This document shows positions 39,895-48,644 of a DNA stretch of 64,000 nt, piece by piece. Position numbers and translations under genes: made by a program. The DNA is from Microbacteriaceae bacterium (GTDB lineage: Bacteria; Actinomycetota; Actinomycetes; Actinomycetales; Microbacteriaceae). The DNA lies in NCBI GenBank assembly GCA_947373155.1, contig CANBWO010000003.1, positions 8,968 to 72,967 of the forward strand, read 5' to 3'. Within the stretch, counting starts at the first letter, position 1. Every line of letters starts with the position of its first letter. The notes beneath the pieces are model-generated. The model did not search any database, was not told where the DNA came from, and saw only the letters and a list, made by a program, of their open reading frames with translations.

Positions 39895-40621
39895 GCCTAA
39901 AGCTCAAAACCGAATTGCGAATGTCACTCTGACATTGGCGCTGGTTGTTTTGCCTTTTTTCACCTCAAATGTGTCGGCATTAGCAGAGTCTCAGGAATCA
40001 GACTCCGGCTCTAATTCCAAAGGCCACGGCGAACATCGGAAGGCTAGCCCAACCGCCACCCCGACAGCCTCTCCAACAGCCACTGGGCGACCTTCCCAAG
40101 ATCAAAAAGGGCCAGCGCATTCGAACCTGCAAAACGAGCAAGACGAAGACTCGCAAAAGCAATCTCAGATTGCAAAGAAATACGGCGACGAAAGAGAAGT
40201 GGCGACCCCGCCGCTAATCGTAAAGCCCGCCATCCCGGTTCCGATCGCCTCGCCTTCGGCGCCAGTATCGCAAAATTCAGTTGGTGGTGCGTCGGTATCC
40301 GGCCAGCGAAAAGTCTCTACAAAATACGTGTCGCAGCCGCTTGATGTGGCTTTGCATCAGTTGCAAAAACCCAGCACTTCCCAATCTGTGCCAAAGTCGC
40401 AAATCAAGGCTTTCGATGCTTCGAAAAACGCTCCGGTAATCCAGAATATTCGTCGCGATGAGCTGGGTAATCCTGCACAAGAGTTCCTGGCTAAGGCGTA
40501 TTTCGGCATGGCAGTTGTGGCAATATTTGGAACCCTTTTAGTGGTCCATTTTTACCGAAAGCTAAGAGTTACTCGAGGTCTTGAGCAAAAAGACGGTTGG
40601 TTAGACTTATCAAGTGAGTAA
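39893..40621 (+). CDS. signal-peptide, low-complexity (Pro/Ser/Gln-rich) protein with C-terminal TM anchor
   Basis: MPKAQNRIANVTLTLALVVLPFFTSNVSALA, a disordered region, then AYFGMAVVAIFGTLLVVHFYRKLR. No family recognised. Confidence 0.45.
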   Translation: MPKAQNRIANVTLTLALVVLPFFTSNVSALAESQESDSGSNSKGHGEHRKASPTATPTASPTATGRPSQDQKGPAHSNLQNEQDEDSQKQSQIAKKYGDEREVATPPLIVKPAIPVPIASPSAPVSQNSVGGASVSGQRKVSTKYVSQPLDVALHQLQKPSTSQSVPKSQIKAFDASKNAPVIQNIRRDELGNPAQEFLAKAYFGMAVVAIFGTLLVVHFYRKLRVTRGLEQKDGWLDLSSE

Positions 40622-41312
40622 AGCCGATTTGAGTAAGAAGCCAGCCGATGTAGCGGCAATGTTCGACGAAGTCGCGGAAACCTACGACCTCAACAACGAC
40701 ATCATGTCGTTCGGACAAGACCGCGTTTGGCGCAGAGCCACTCTCAAAGCGGTAGCGCCCACCTCGGGGCAGGCCATTTTGGACCTGGCTGCCGGCACTG
40801 GCAGTTCATCGGTGGTCTTTCAAAAGCCAGGTGTTCGCGTTGTAGCCGGAGACTTCTCCGTTGGCATGTTGGCCGTTGGCCGTAAGCGCCACCCGCAACT
40901 TGAGTTTGTGTTTGCCGACGCAACCGCGCTTCCTTTCGAAGACGCTGAGTTCGACACCGTGACCATTAGTTTTGGGCTTCGTAATGTAGTTGATACCGGC
41001 AAGGCTCTAAAGGAAATGCTGCGAGTCACCAAGCCTGGCGGGAAACTTGTGATTTGCGAGTTCAGTCAGGTTCAGGCGCCTGTAATCAAGCAGGTTTACA
41101 ACTTCTACCTGAGCCGCTTGCTTCCGCTTGTTTCTAGGCTATCTAGCAAGGCCCCGGCGGCGTACACCTACCTGGGCGATTCAATTTTGGCTTGGCCAAA
41201 TCAGCAGGCATTAGCCACGTTGGTTTCAGAAGCCGGCTGGTCAAACGTGACTTTTAGAAACCAAACTTTTGGCGTGGTTGCAATCCACAGCGCCACAAAG
41301 AGCCAGGCTTAG
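40614..41312 (+). CDS. menG: demethylmenaquinone methyltransferase
   Basis: UbiE/MenG SAM motif ILDLAAGTG and FGLRNV. Confidence 0.9.
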   Translation: MSKADLSKKPADVAAMFDEVAETYDLNNDIMSFGQDRVWRRATLKAVAPTSGQAILDLAAGTGSSSVVFQKPGVRVVAGDFSVGMLAVGRKRHPQLEFVFADATALPFEDAEFDTVTISFGLRNVVDTGKALKEMLRVTKPGGKLVICEFSQVQAPVIKQVYNFYLSRLLPLVSRLSSKAPAAYTYLGDSILAWPNQQALATLVSEAGWSNVTFRNQTFGVVAIHSATKSQA

Positions 41313-41315
41313 ACC

Positions 41316-42320
41316 GTGGCAAATACGCTGCCCAAGCAGCTAAAAAAAGTAGCCGATCGCGCACTGCTCAAGCGCTTAGAAACCGGGCTCGCTCAGGTTG
41401 AAAAATCTTTGGAGCAAGCCGTTTCGCACACCGACCCGATTGCCAGCGTTACCGCTCGTCATCTGTCTGCTGCCGGTGGTAAGCGAATTCGTCCAACCCT
41501 GGTGTTGCTAACCGCGCAATACGGAGACGCAACTTTGCAGCCGGTCATTGATGCAGCGGTTGTGGTGGAACTAACTCACCTGGCAACCCTGTACCACGAC
41601 GACGTGATGGACAACGCACCCATGCGTCGCGGTGTACCTACCGCCCACGAAATTTGGGGCAATAGCGTTGCCATTCTCACCGGAGATCTGCTCTTTGCCC
41701 GCGCATCGCAGGTAGTCTCGCGCCTTGGTTCTAGGGCACTTACTTTGCAAGCCGACACCTTTGAGCGACTTTGCCTGGGCCAGCTTCATGAGACTGTGGG
41801 GCCTCAGAATGGCGAAGATGCGGTGGCTCACTACATTCAGGTGCTTGCCGACAAAACTGGCTCGCTCATCGCCGCCGCTGCCGAACTTGGAATCATGTTC
41901 AGCGGAGCGCCAGACGAGTACCGAGAACCGGTTCGACTTTACGGCGAGAAAATTGGTGTTGCCTTCCAGCTAATCGACGACGTGATTGATATTTACAGCG
42001 ATGGCGAAACCAGCGGCAAGACCCCTGGCACCGATCTTTTGGCCGGCGTTCCAACCCTGCCAATTCTTTACTTGCGCAAGCACGCGGTTACCGACTCGGC
42101 TTCTGCTGAGCTGATCGCCAAAATCGATGCCGGCCTCGATGAAAACTCCTTGCCCGAAGTGGTTGCGGCGCTCCGCGAGCACCCAGCCACATCGGAGGCC
42201 TACGAAGAAGCCAAGCGCTGGGCAGATGAAGCGGTAGCGGACATCGCCGTTTTGCCTGAGGGCAGCGTAAAGCAGGCGTTGACTGCCTTTGCTGCCGCAG
42301 TGGTCGACCGTCAGCAGTAA
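41316..42320 (+). CDS. polyprenyl diphosphate synthase (trans-IPPS; menaquinone side chain)
   Basis: First DDxxD motif in LYHDDVMDN and second in QLIDDVIDI. Confidence 0.9.
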   Translation: MANTLPKQLKKVADRALLKRLETGLAQVEKSLEQAVSHTDPIASVTARHLSAAGGKRIRPTLVLLTAQYGDATLQPVIDAAVVVELTHLATLYHDDVMDNAPMRRGVPTAHEIWGNSVAILTGDLLFARASQVVSRLGSRALTLQADTFERLCLGQLHETVGPQNGEDAVAHYIQVLADKTGSLIAAAAELGIMFSGAPDEYREPVRLYGEKIGVAFQLIDDVIDIYSDGETSGKTPGTDLLAGVPTLPILYLRKHAVTDSASAELIAKIDAGLDENSLPEVVAALREHPATSEAYEEAKRWADEAVADIAVLPEGSVKQALTAFAAAVVDRQQ

Positions 42321-42340
42321 GCGTTTACAAGCCCTAGAAT
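42316..42340 (+). promoter_or_regulatory. LacI-type operator plus -10 box of the alpha-galactosidase gene
   Basis: AGTAAGCGTTTACA (42316-42329) overlaps the upstream stop codon. TAGAAT (42335-42340) ends 7 nt before ATG 42348, which suggests a leaderless or near-leaderless mRNA. Confidence 0.5.
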
Positions 42341-42347
42341 TTGGGGC

Positions 42348-44465
42348 ATGACCCAACAGTTGATCCACCTCAGCCGCGCTGGTGTTTCGGTTCTAATCGA
42401 GACCACTACCGGAACCCCAAACGTGTTTTATTGGGGTTCCGCCTTGGCTGCTGGAGTGGATCCGGCTCAGTATCTTTTGGCCATCACGGAACCAGCACCT
42501 CACGGTTATTACGATTTCGCGCATCGAGGGGGAGCTTGGCGCGAAAACGCTCGCGGATTTTGGGGCCGCCCATCGTTGCTTGGTCACCGAGATGGCAAAG
42601 ATTGGTCGCAACTTTTCACGCTTGAAAGCACACACGTCACCGAGCACAAGGCTAGTTTCGTATCCAAAGACACCGACCTAGGGGTTGAGGTGGCTATTAG
42701 CTACGAACTCACCGCAAGCGGTTTGGTCCTGATCGACCACAGAGTCACCAACCTTGCCGAGGGCACTTTCTTTTTGGAGAACAGCACGGCTTTTATGCCG
42801 GTTCCGGATCACGCCACCGACCTTTTAGATTTCAGTGGACGTTGGCTCAAGGAGCGTCAGCCGCAGCGCAGCAAGATCCAGACCGGGCTTTGGCAGCGCG
42901 AATCTCGCGAGGGTCGCAGCGGTCACGACTACACGCTGGTGCAGTTTGTGATGACCAAGGATGCCGGATTCCAGGCCGGAGAAGTTTGGGGCCTGAGCCT
43001 GGCTTGGAGCGGTCAGGGGTCGCACGTTGTGGAGCGCCAGAGCGTGGGACGAACCCAAATCGGTGCCGGTGAACTTTTGATGCCAGGCGAGGTAACCCTG
43101 GATAAAGGTCAGACCTATCAAGCGCCAACTGTGGTTGCCGCATATGCCAAAGACGGCATCGATGGCGCCAGCCACCGCTTTCACCAGTGGGTTCGTGCGC
43201 GCGCCAATCACCCAACCAACATTCGCCCTCGCCCAGTCACTTTGAACGTGTGGGAGGCGGTTTACATGGACCACCGCCTAGACAAACTAACCGCGCTGGC
43301 CCAGGTTGCCGGAGAGATTGGCGTGGAGCGCTTTGTCCTCGACGACGGTTGGTTCGGGGCACGCCGCGACGACCACGCCGGTCTAGGGGACTGGACCGTT
43401 GCCCCAGAGGTTTGGCCAAAAGGACTCACGCCGCTGATCGATGTGGTCAAGGCAAACGGCATGGAGTTTGGGCTCTGGTTCGAAGGCGAGATGGTCAACG
43501 CTGATAGCGATCTTTACCGGGCGCACCCGGAATGGATTTTGCACAGCGGAAACCGCACACCCATCGAGGCCCGTTTTCAACAGGTGCTAGACCTTAGCCA
43601 TCCGGGGGCCTACCAGCACGTGCTGAGCCAGGTGGATGCGATTTTGAGCGAGTTCGATATTCGCTACATCAAGTGGGATCACAATCGCACTCTCACCGAG
43701 GCAGCTCATTTTGGCAAAGCCACCATGCGTAACCAGAACATCGCTATCTATCGCCTTTTCGATGAACTGAAGTTGCGTCACCCCGGGCTCGAAATCGAGT
43801 CTTGTGCTTCGGGCGGAGGGCGCATCGACCTCGGCATGATTGATCACGCTGACCGTTTCTGGACCAGCGATTGCAACGATGCCCTTGAGCGCCAAACCAT
43901 TCAGCGCTACACGTCCATCGCGATCCCACCAGAGATGTTGGGTACTCACATTGGCCCGACTCACGCGCACTCCACCGGCCGCACGCACGAACTATCGTTC
44001 AGGGCAATCACCGCACTCTTTGGTCACGCTGGACTCGAGTGGGACCTAACCGAAACTACCCCCGAAGAACGAGCCACACTCAGGTCTTGGACTGATTACT
44101 ACAAGGCCAACCGAGCCTTGCTTCACTCCGGTCGGGTTGCTCGCGTGGACGCCACCGACGCAACCGCTTGGACTCACGGCGTAGTTGCTCAGGATGGTTC
44201 CAAGGCAATCTTTGCCTACATTGCTCTGGGCATGAGCCAGTTTGCTTTACCCGCATCGATGCGCCTTGCCGGCCTTGATGCCGACGCAAAATACCTGGTT
44301 AGGTTAGTTACCCCTGCCGGAGGCTACCTGAGCACGCAAAAGTTTGACCCCGAGTGGATTAACGGCGTGACGGTAGACGGTAGTTTCTTGATGAACCAGG
44401 GATTGCGCGCACCAATCGTCAAGCCGGAAAACGCTTTCCTGCTTGAGGTGACCAGAGTCAACTAA
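42348..44465 (+). CDS. alpha-galactosidase (GH36)
   Basis: 705 aa with FVLDDGWF, YIKWDHNR and SCASGGGR, all typical of GH36. Confidence 0.9.
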   Translation: MTQQLIHLSRAGVSVLIETTTGTPNVFYWGSALAAGVDPAQYLLAITEPAPHGYYDFAHRGGAWRENARGFWGRPSLLGHRDGKDWSQLFTLESTHVTEHKASFVSKDTDLGVEVAISYELTASGLVLIDHRVTNLAEGTFFLENSTAFMPVPDHATDLLDFSGRWLKERQPQRSKIQTGLWQRESREGRSGHDYTLVQFVMTKDAGFQAGEVWGLSLAWSGQGSHVVERQSVGRTQIGAGELLMPGEVTLDKGQTYQAPTVVAAYAKDGIDGASHRFHQWVRARANHPTNIRPRPVTLNVWEAVYMDHRLDKLTALAQVAGEIGVERFVLDDGWFGARRDDHAGLGDWTVAPEVWPKGLTPLIDVVKANGMEFGLWFEGEMVNADSDLYRAHPEWILHSGNRTPIEARFQQVLDLSHPGAYQHVLSQVDAILSEFDIRYIKWDHNRTLTEAAHFGKATMRNQNIAIYRLFDELKLRHPGLEIESCASGGGRIDLGMIDHADRFWTSDCNDALERQTIQRYTSIAIPPEMLGTHIGPTHAHSTGRTHELSFRAITALFGHAGLEWDLTETTPEERATLRSWTDYYKANRALLHSGRVARVDATDATAWTHGVVAQDGSKAIFAYIALGMSQFALPASMRLAGLDADAKYLVRLVTPAGGYLSTQKFDPEWINGVTVDGSFLMNQGLRAPIVKPENAFLLEVTRVN

Positions 44466-44484
44466 CGGGGCTAGGGTTGAACAT

Positions 44485-45756
44485 ATGGGAGACCTAACAA
44501 CTGCGATGATGTCGGTCTCGCGCGCCCGGAAAGCTCACAACGGGCTAGTGGGTGCGTTCTTTATTCAGGGCTTCTTAGCGCTTTCGTACATCCCGCGAAT
44601 CCCCGAACTTATTGATCAGATTCACGTGACATTCGCCACCTGGGGTTTGATCCTCGGCTTGGCCACGCTCGGCGGCATGCTTCCGTTGCTAATGGCAAAC
44701 CACTTCATAAATCGTTTTGGCACCAGACCCGTGGTGCAGTTGATGTTCACTCTGGTTTCGCTAACCATGGCCATGTATGGCTTTGTGAATAACGGCTGGA
44801 TGTTCTTTGTTCTATCGTTTGTGCAGGCTTTCACCATGAGCTTTTTCAACGTGGCAATCAACTCGCACTCGGTGGTATTTCAGAACCGAATCGGGCGCAT
44901 CATCATCGGAAGATTCCACGCCGCGTGGAGCATCGGTGCAGCCACCGCATCAATTGTTAGCGGTGCTCTGGCAGCTGTGATCCCGCTTCGCGAGTACATG
45001 ATTCTGGTCACGAGCATTGCGGCGGTTGGGCTTTTAGTTGCATCCGCCATGTTGCTGGGGCCAACCGAAGACGGCCACGATCAAGAGAAAAAACGTGCCA
45101 AGTCGATCGGCATTTTCAAGACTCCAAGATACGTATCCTTGCTCTCACTTGGAATTTTCTGCGGAGTTTTCCCAGAGCTTTCAATGATGGACTGGAGCGC
45201 GGTTTTTGCTAAAAACGCACTCCACTTGAACCCATCACAGGTGGGGCTGCCCTATACGATTTTTGCGGTAAGTATGATTGCCGCCAGGTTGTCGATTGGG
45301 CGTTTGACCCGCAATCGGCACCTGAGCACAGTGGCTAGCAAAGCCGCAATTATGGGCTCGGTTGCCATGGCTCTTGCCGTGTTCATCGGCCCTATTGTTG
45401 CCGGAGTAGACCCGCTGCTGGCCGTTTTGGTCACCGGTGTTTTCTGGGTGGCTGCGGGTCTTGGTACCGGACCTCAGGTGCCATCATTCTTTAGCGCCAC
45501 CGGAAGTGTTCCGGGCATGAGCACCGCGCAAGCTATGTCGCGAATGAGCCTTTTCAACTCGATCATCATTCTTGGAGCCAAGGTGATTATGGGTGCTTTG
45601 GCACAGGGCATCAGTGTTCAGGTGGCTTTTATATTCCCCATCGCCACCTACATCGTGGCTAGCGTAATTGCATCATCGGTGGCTAAAAGAGACTACAAAC
45701 CAGAAAAGGTCACCGGTTTCCCGATGACCTCTCCGATCGACGTCATTCCCGACTAG
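44485..45756 (+). CDS. MFS transporter
   Basis: 423 aa with about 12 TM segments. Lies immediately downstream of the GH36 gene. Confidence 0.8.
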   Translation: MGDLTTAMMSVSRARKAHNGLVGAFFIQGFLALSYIPRIPELIDQIHVTFATWGLILGLATLGGMLPLLMANHFINRFGTRPVVQLMFTLVSLTMAMYGFVNNGWMFFVLSFVQAFTMSFFNVAINSHSVVFQNRIGRIIIGRFHAAWSIGAATASIVSGALAAVIPLREYMILVTSIAAVGLLVASAMLLGPTEDGHDQEKKRAKSIGIFKTPRYVSLLSLGIFCGVFPELSMMDWSAVFAKNALHLNPSQVGLPYTIFAVSMIAARLSIGRLTRNRHLSTVASKAAIMGSVAMALAVFIGPIVAGVDPLLAVLVTGVFWVAAGLGTGPQVPSFFSATGSVPGMSTAQAMSRMSLFNSIIILGAKVIMGALAQGISVQVAFIFPIATYIVASVIASSVAKRDYKPEKVTGFPMTSPIDVIPD

Positions 45757-45773
45757 TTTGTCGGCGCCAACTT

Positions 45774-46262
45774 TTATCTGAAGTTTGTGAACTGGATGTC
45801 GATTTCCAGGTCCTTGCCCTTGAGTAGCTGCATGGTTTCCTGCAGGTCATCGCGGCTCTTGCTCTGAACGCGCAGTTCATCGCCCTGAATATTTGCCTTG
45901 ACGCTCTTAGGACCTTCCTCGCGGATGATCTTGGAGATCTTCTTGGCCTGGTCCTGCTCGATGCCATCCTTTAGGGTTGCCTCGATTCGGTACTCCTTGC
46001 CGCTTGGGTAAGGCTTGCCGTCTTCTAGGCTCTTGAGCGAAATGCCACGCTTGATTAGCTTGCTCTGGTAAACATCCAGAACCGCCAGAACGCGCTCCTC
46101 GCTGCTTGCCTTCATGAGGATTTTGTCGCCGGACCAATCGATCTCTGCGCCAACACCCTTAAAGTCGTAGCGCTGCTCGATTTCCTTTTGAGCCTGGTTG
46201 AGGGCGTTAGCCGCCTCTTGCTTGTCTACTTTAGAGACGATGTCGAATGATGAATCTGCCAT
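45774..46262 (-). CDS. yajQ: YajQ-family nucleotide-binding protein (UPF0234)
   Basis: 162 aa with SFDIVSKVDKQE, RYDFKG and a C-terminal FTNFR. Confidence 0.9.
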   Translation of the reverse strand: MADSSFDIVSKVDKQEAANALNQAQKEIEQRYDFKGVGAEIDWSGDKILMKASSEERVLAVLDVYQSKLIKRGISLKSLEDGKPYPSGKEYRIEATLKDGIEQDQAKKISKIIREEGPKSVKANIQGDELRVQSKSRDDLQETMQLLKGKDLEIDIQFTNFR

Positions 46263-46271
46263 GTTGAAATT

Positions 46272-47306
46272 CTATCTAGCCAAGTTGGCTGGTCGGGCGG
46301 TAGAGCTGCGAACCAAAAGTTCCACAGGCCAATCCACGTTCTCTTCTATGTTCACGGGTTCGTTGTCGATCGCGTTCTCAAGCACTCTGAGTAGGCGCTC
46401 TGCCGTGTGACGACCCTGGCCGCGGACATCCTGGTTAATGGTGCTCAAACCAAAGAAGTCGCTCATGTCGTGGTTGTCCATGCCGATTACGCTCACGTCT
46501 TGCGGAACGCGCAGGCCTAGGTCCTTCACGGCCATAATCGCGCCAAAGCCCATTTCATCGCTGGAACAAACTATGGCGGTAGGCGCGTTGCGAGGGTCGC
46601 CGAGGATCTGCTTGGCGGCGTGATATGCGCCCTTCATAGTGAAGTCGGCTGGAATAAACCAGGATTCACGAATCGGCATACCGGCGTTCTTAAGCGCGTG
46701 CTCATAGCCAAATCGACGCTTGCTCGGCTGCTTGAAGTCCATTTCGGTAGGTTCTAAACCACCGATGTGCGCAATCTTGGTGTGGCCAAGGCTCAAAAGG
46801 TGTTCGGTCGCCAACTTGCCGGCGGCAAAGTCATCGATGGTCAGTGTGCGGGCACCTGTGATTGGACCACCAATACCCATGATTGGTTTGCGGGTCTTGG
46901 TGAGGTTCTCAAGTTCTTTGTCGCTGAGTTTCACTGCAACGGTGAGCACGCCATCAACGCGCTTTCTAAGCAGAAAGTCACTGAAAATCTTGTCGCGCTG
47001 ATCTAGGCCACCGCTCAAGTTGTAAAGAGTGAGGTCATACCCGTGTTCAATCAGCACTGTTTCAATGGCTTCCAACGCAACACTGAAAAACCAGCGGTCT
47101 ACAAAAGGAACTACCACACCAATATTGCGAGTGCGACCGGTGGCCAGAGTGTAGGCACTGGATGAGGCCACGTAGCCAAGTTCGGCAGCTGCTGCCTCAA
47201 CTTTTTGGCGAGCTTTGGCCGAAACGTGCTCTTTTCCGCTCAGCGCTCTGGAAACGGTTGCGGTCGATACTCCCGCTAGTCTTGCCACATCTTCAATGCC
47301 AGCCAT
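46272..47306 (-). CDS. LacI-family transcriptional regulator
   Basis: N-terminal HTH IEDVARLAGVSTATVSRALSG followed by a periplasmic-binding-fold sugar domain. Confidence 0.9.
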   Translation of the reverse strand: MAGIEDVARLAGVSTATVSRALSGKEHVSAKARQKVEAAAAELGYVASSSAYTLATGRTRNIGVVVPFVDRWFFSVALEAIETVLIEHGYDLTLYNLSGGLDQRDKIFSDFLLRKRVDGVLTVAVKLSDKELENLTKTRKPIMGIGGPITGARTLTIDDFAAGKLATEHLLSLGHTKIAHIGGLEPTEMDFKQPSKRRFGYEHALKNAGMPIRESWFIPADFTMKGAYHAAKQILGDPRNAPTAIVCSSDEMGFGAIMAVKDLGLRVPQDVSVIGMDNHDMSDFFGLSTINQDVRGQGRHTAERLLRVLENAIDNEPVNIEENVDWPVELLVRSSTARPANLAR

Positions 47307-47334
47307 GTATTTTCCTGTAAATATTCAGTAAAAA

Positions 47335-47348
47335 TGTAAGTGTTTACA
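47335..47348. promoter_or_regulatory. LacI-type operator upstream of the lacI-family gene (autoregulation candidate)
   Basis: TGTAAGTGTTTACA lies 29 nt upstream of the start codon. An imperfect second site, GGTAAATCGCTTACA, is at 47356-47370. Confidence 0.45.
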
Positions 47349-47433
47349 ATCTAGCGGTAAATCGCTTACAGGCAAATCCGATTTCCACAGGGAGCCGGCA
47401 TCGGGTATTGTTGTAGGGTTGCCTAGCAACAAT

Positions 47434-47515
47434 GGCTAGTTACCCAAGCGGCCAAAGGGATCTGACTGTAAATCAGCCGGCTCAGCCTTCGGGGGTTCGA
47501 ATCCCTCACTAGCCA
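47434..47515 (+). tRNA. tRNA-Tyr (GTA), long variable arm
   Basis: GGCTAGTTACCCAAGCGGCCAAAGGGATCTGACTGTAAATCAGCCGGCTCAGCCTTCGGGGGTTCGAATCCCTCACTAGCCA. Very similar in layout to bacterial tRNA-Tyr. Confidence 0.9.
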
Positions 47516-47518
47516 CAG

Positions 47519-47557
47519 AAAAACCCCTGACAGGAACAAACCCTGTCAGGGGTTTTT
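47519..47557 (+). terminator. intrinsic terminator after tRNA-Tyr
   Basis: CCCCTGACAGG (47524-47534) pairs with CCTGTCAGGGG (47542-47552), followed by TTTTT. Confidence 0.75.
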
Positions 47558-47662
47558 AGCGTCGTGAGGGGTCTCCAGTTCCCAAAACTCATTCAAAATT
47601 CTCGAATCAATTGGCGGGCTCGGCCCTGCAAAGGCATAGCCGCCTTTGCTGATCGGGCCTCT

Positions 47663-47686
47663 GGTTCGAATCCCTCACTAGCCACA
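47663..47686 (+). repeat. duplicate of tRNA-Tyr 3' end (copy 2), att-like
   Basis: GGTTCGAATCCCTCACTAGCCACA is identical to 47494-47517. It is followed by a 15-bp-stem hairpin at 47691-47724. Confidence 0.9.
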
Positions 47687-47833
47687 CAAAATGAGTAAAC
47701 CCACCTGTCGGTGGGTTTACTCATTTAAGGCAAGTTAGGTATCACAAGCCCCTCAGGCAAGCGTTCGACCCGCGGAGATTTCCGCGGTCTCACCTCGCGG
47801 CCAAAGCAACTTTGCCACCAAACGCGCGGCTCC

Positions 47834-47857
47834 GGTTCGAATCCCTCACTAGCCACA
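47834..47857 (+). repeat. duplicate of tRNA-Tyr 3' end (copy 3), att-like
   Basis: GGTTCGAATCCCTCACTAGCCACA is identical to 47494-47517. Confidence 0.9.
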
Positions 47858-48148
47858 AAAATCCCGCTCTCGGCGGCTAGCATTTTTGCTTTTCATGAGG
47901 ATTTCAGTTTCCAGCTTCTGTAAAGCCGCATTGCTTTTTACGTTTCTCACTCAACCTCCAATCTGGATACGAAGTCACCCAGGTGATTAATGCACTCAGC
48001 TGAGACTTCAGGCCTGTTTGCCCCTATTACCAAGTCGCATTATTTTCAGCCGAAAAATGACCCGGTCGGAACGCGTGCATATTGTCATTTAAGTTCAGAG
48101 TGTTACCTGAAGCAAATGCCCTAATGCCGCGTTAATCGTAAAGAGGAC

Positions 48149-48186
48149 GTCGAATGCGCATTCACTTATCGTGGTGCGCATTCGAC
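48149..48186 (-). terminator. stem-loop downstream of the islet minus-strand gene pair
   Basis: GTCGAATGCGCA (48149-48160) pairs with TGCGCATTCGAC (48175-48186). This is a perfect 12-bp stem with a 14-nt loop, 48 nt past the stop at 48234. Confidence 0.45.
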
Positions 48187-48233
48187 CCCGCATTCGCCAT
48201 AGTCGGTTTATCGAAAACTACTTAGAAGAGTTG

Positions 48234-48638
48234 TTAGACGATGTTTCGGTTGTCCAAGATATTCTTCGCCCTGAACGGCCTGCCTGCTCCGTGAAATATC
48301 GCGAACCCCATGAAAAATAGAACATATCCATCTTGATTGATCGAGAAAGTGCTACTTAGATGTGAAGTTACATTCAAAACAATAAAAACAGGAAGAGCGC
48401 TAATCGCGCCAATAATTAGTCCTGGCACTTGTTTATTTCGGTAGTGAACTTTTTCTATCAGCCAGGAGGCAATTGCACAGAGAACTCCACATACGAATGC
48501 CAAGGCGGTAACTGTGATTGTCCCCTGAAGCATGTACATTTGCCCGAATCCCAAGACCAGGGCTGTAGTCGCAGCCATCCACGCTGCTTGAAAACCTAGA
48601 TACAGGAATCTGGCAAGAAACTTCGCACTGATTTTCAT
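48234..48638 (-). CDS. 4-TM membrane protein, unknown function (islet)
   Basis: 134 aa with four hydrophobic segments. AT-rich. Starts 7 nt after the upstream gene's stop. Confidence 0.6.
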   Translation of the reverse strand: MKISAKFLARFLYLGFQAAWMAATTALVLGFGQMYMLQGTITVTALAFVCGVLCAIASWLIEKVHYRNKQVPGLIIGAISALPVFIVLNVTSHLSSTFSINQDGYVLFFMGFAIFHGAGRPFRAKNILDNRNIV

Positions 48639-48644
48639 GACACT

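Noticed and set aside
47518-47857. Reading the two partial tRNA-Tyr copies as functional tRNA-like genes or as a tmRNA tRNA-like domain.
   Set aside because: The bases upstream of copies 2 and 3 (TCTGG and CTCCG) cannot pair with CCCTC to form the T-stem. No complementary 5' acceptor strand sits at an appropriate distance. They are 3'-end fragments only.
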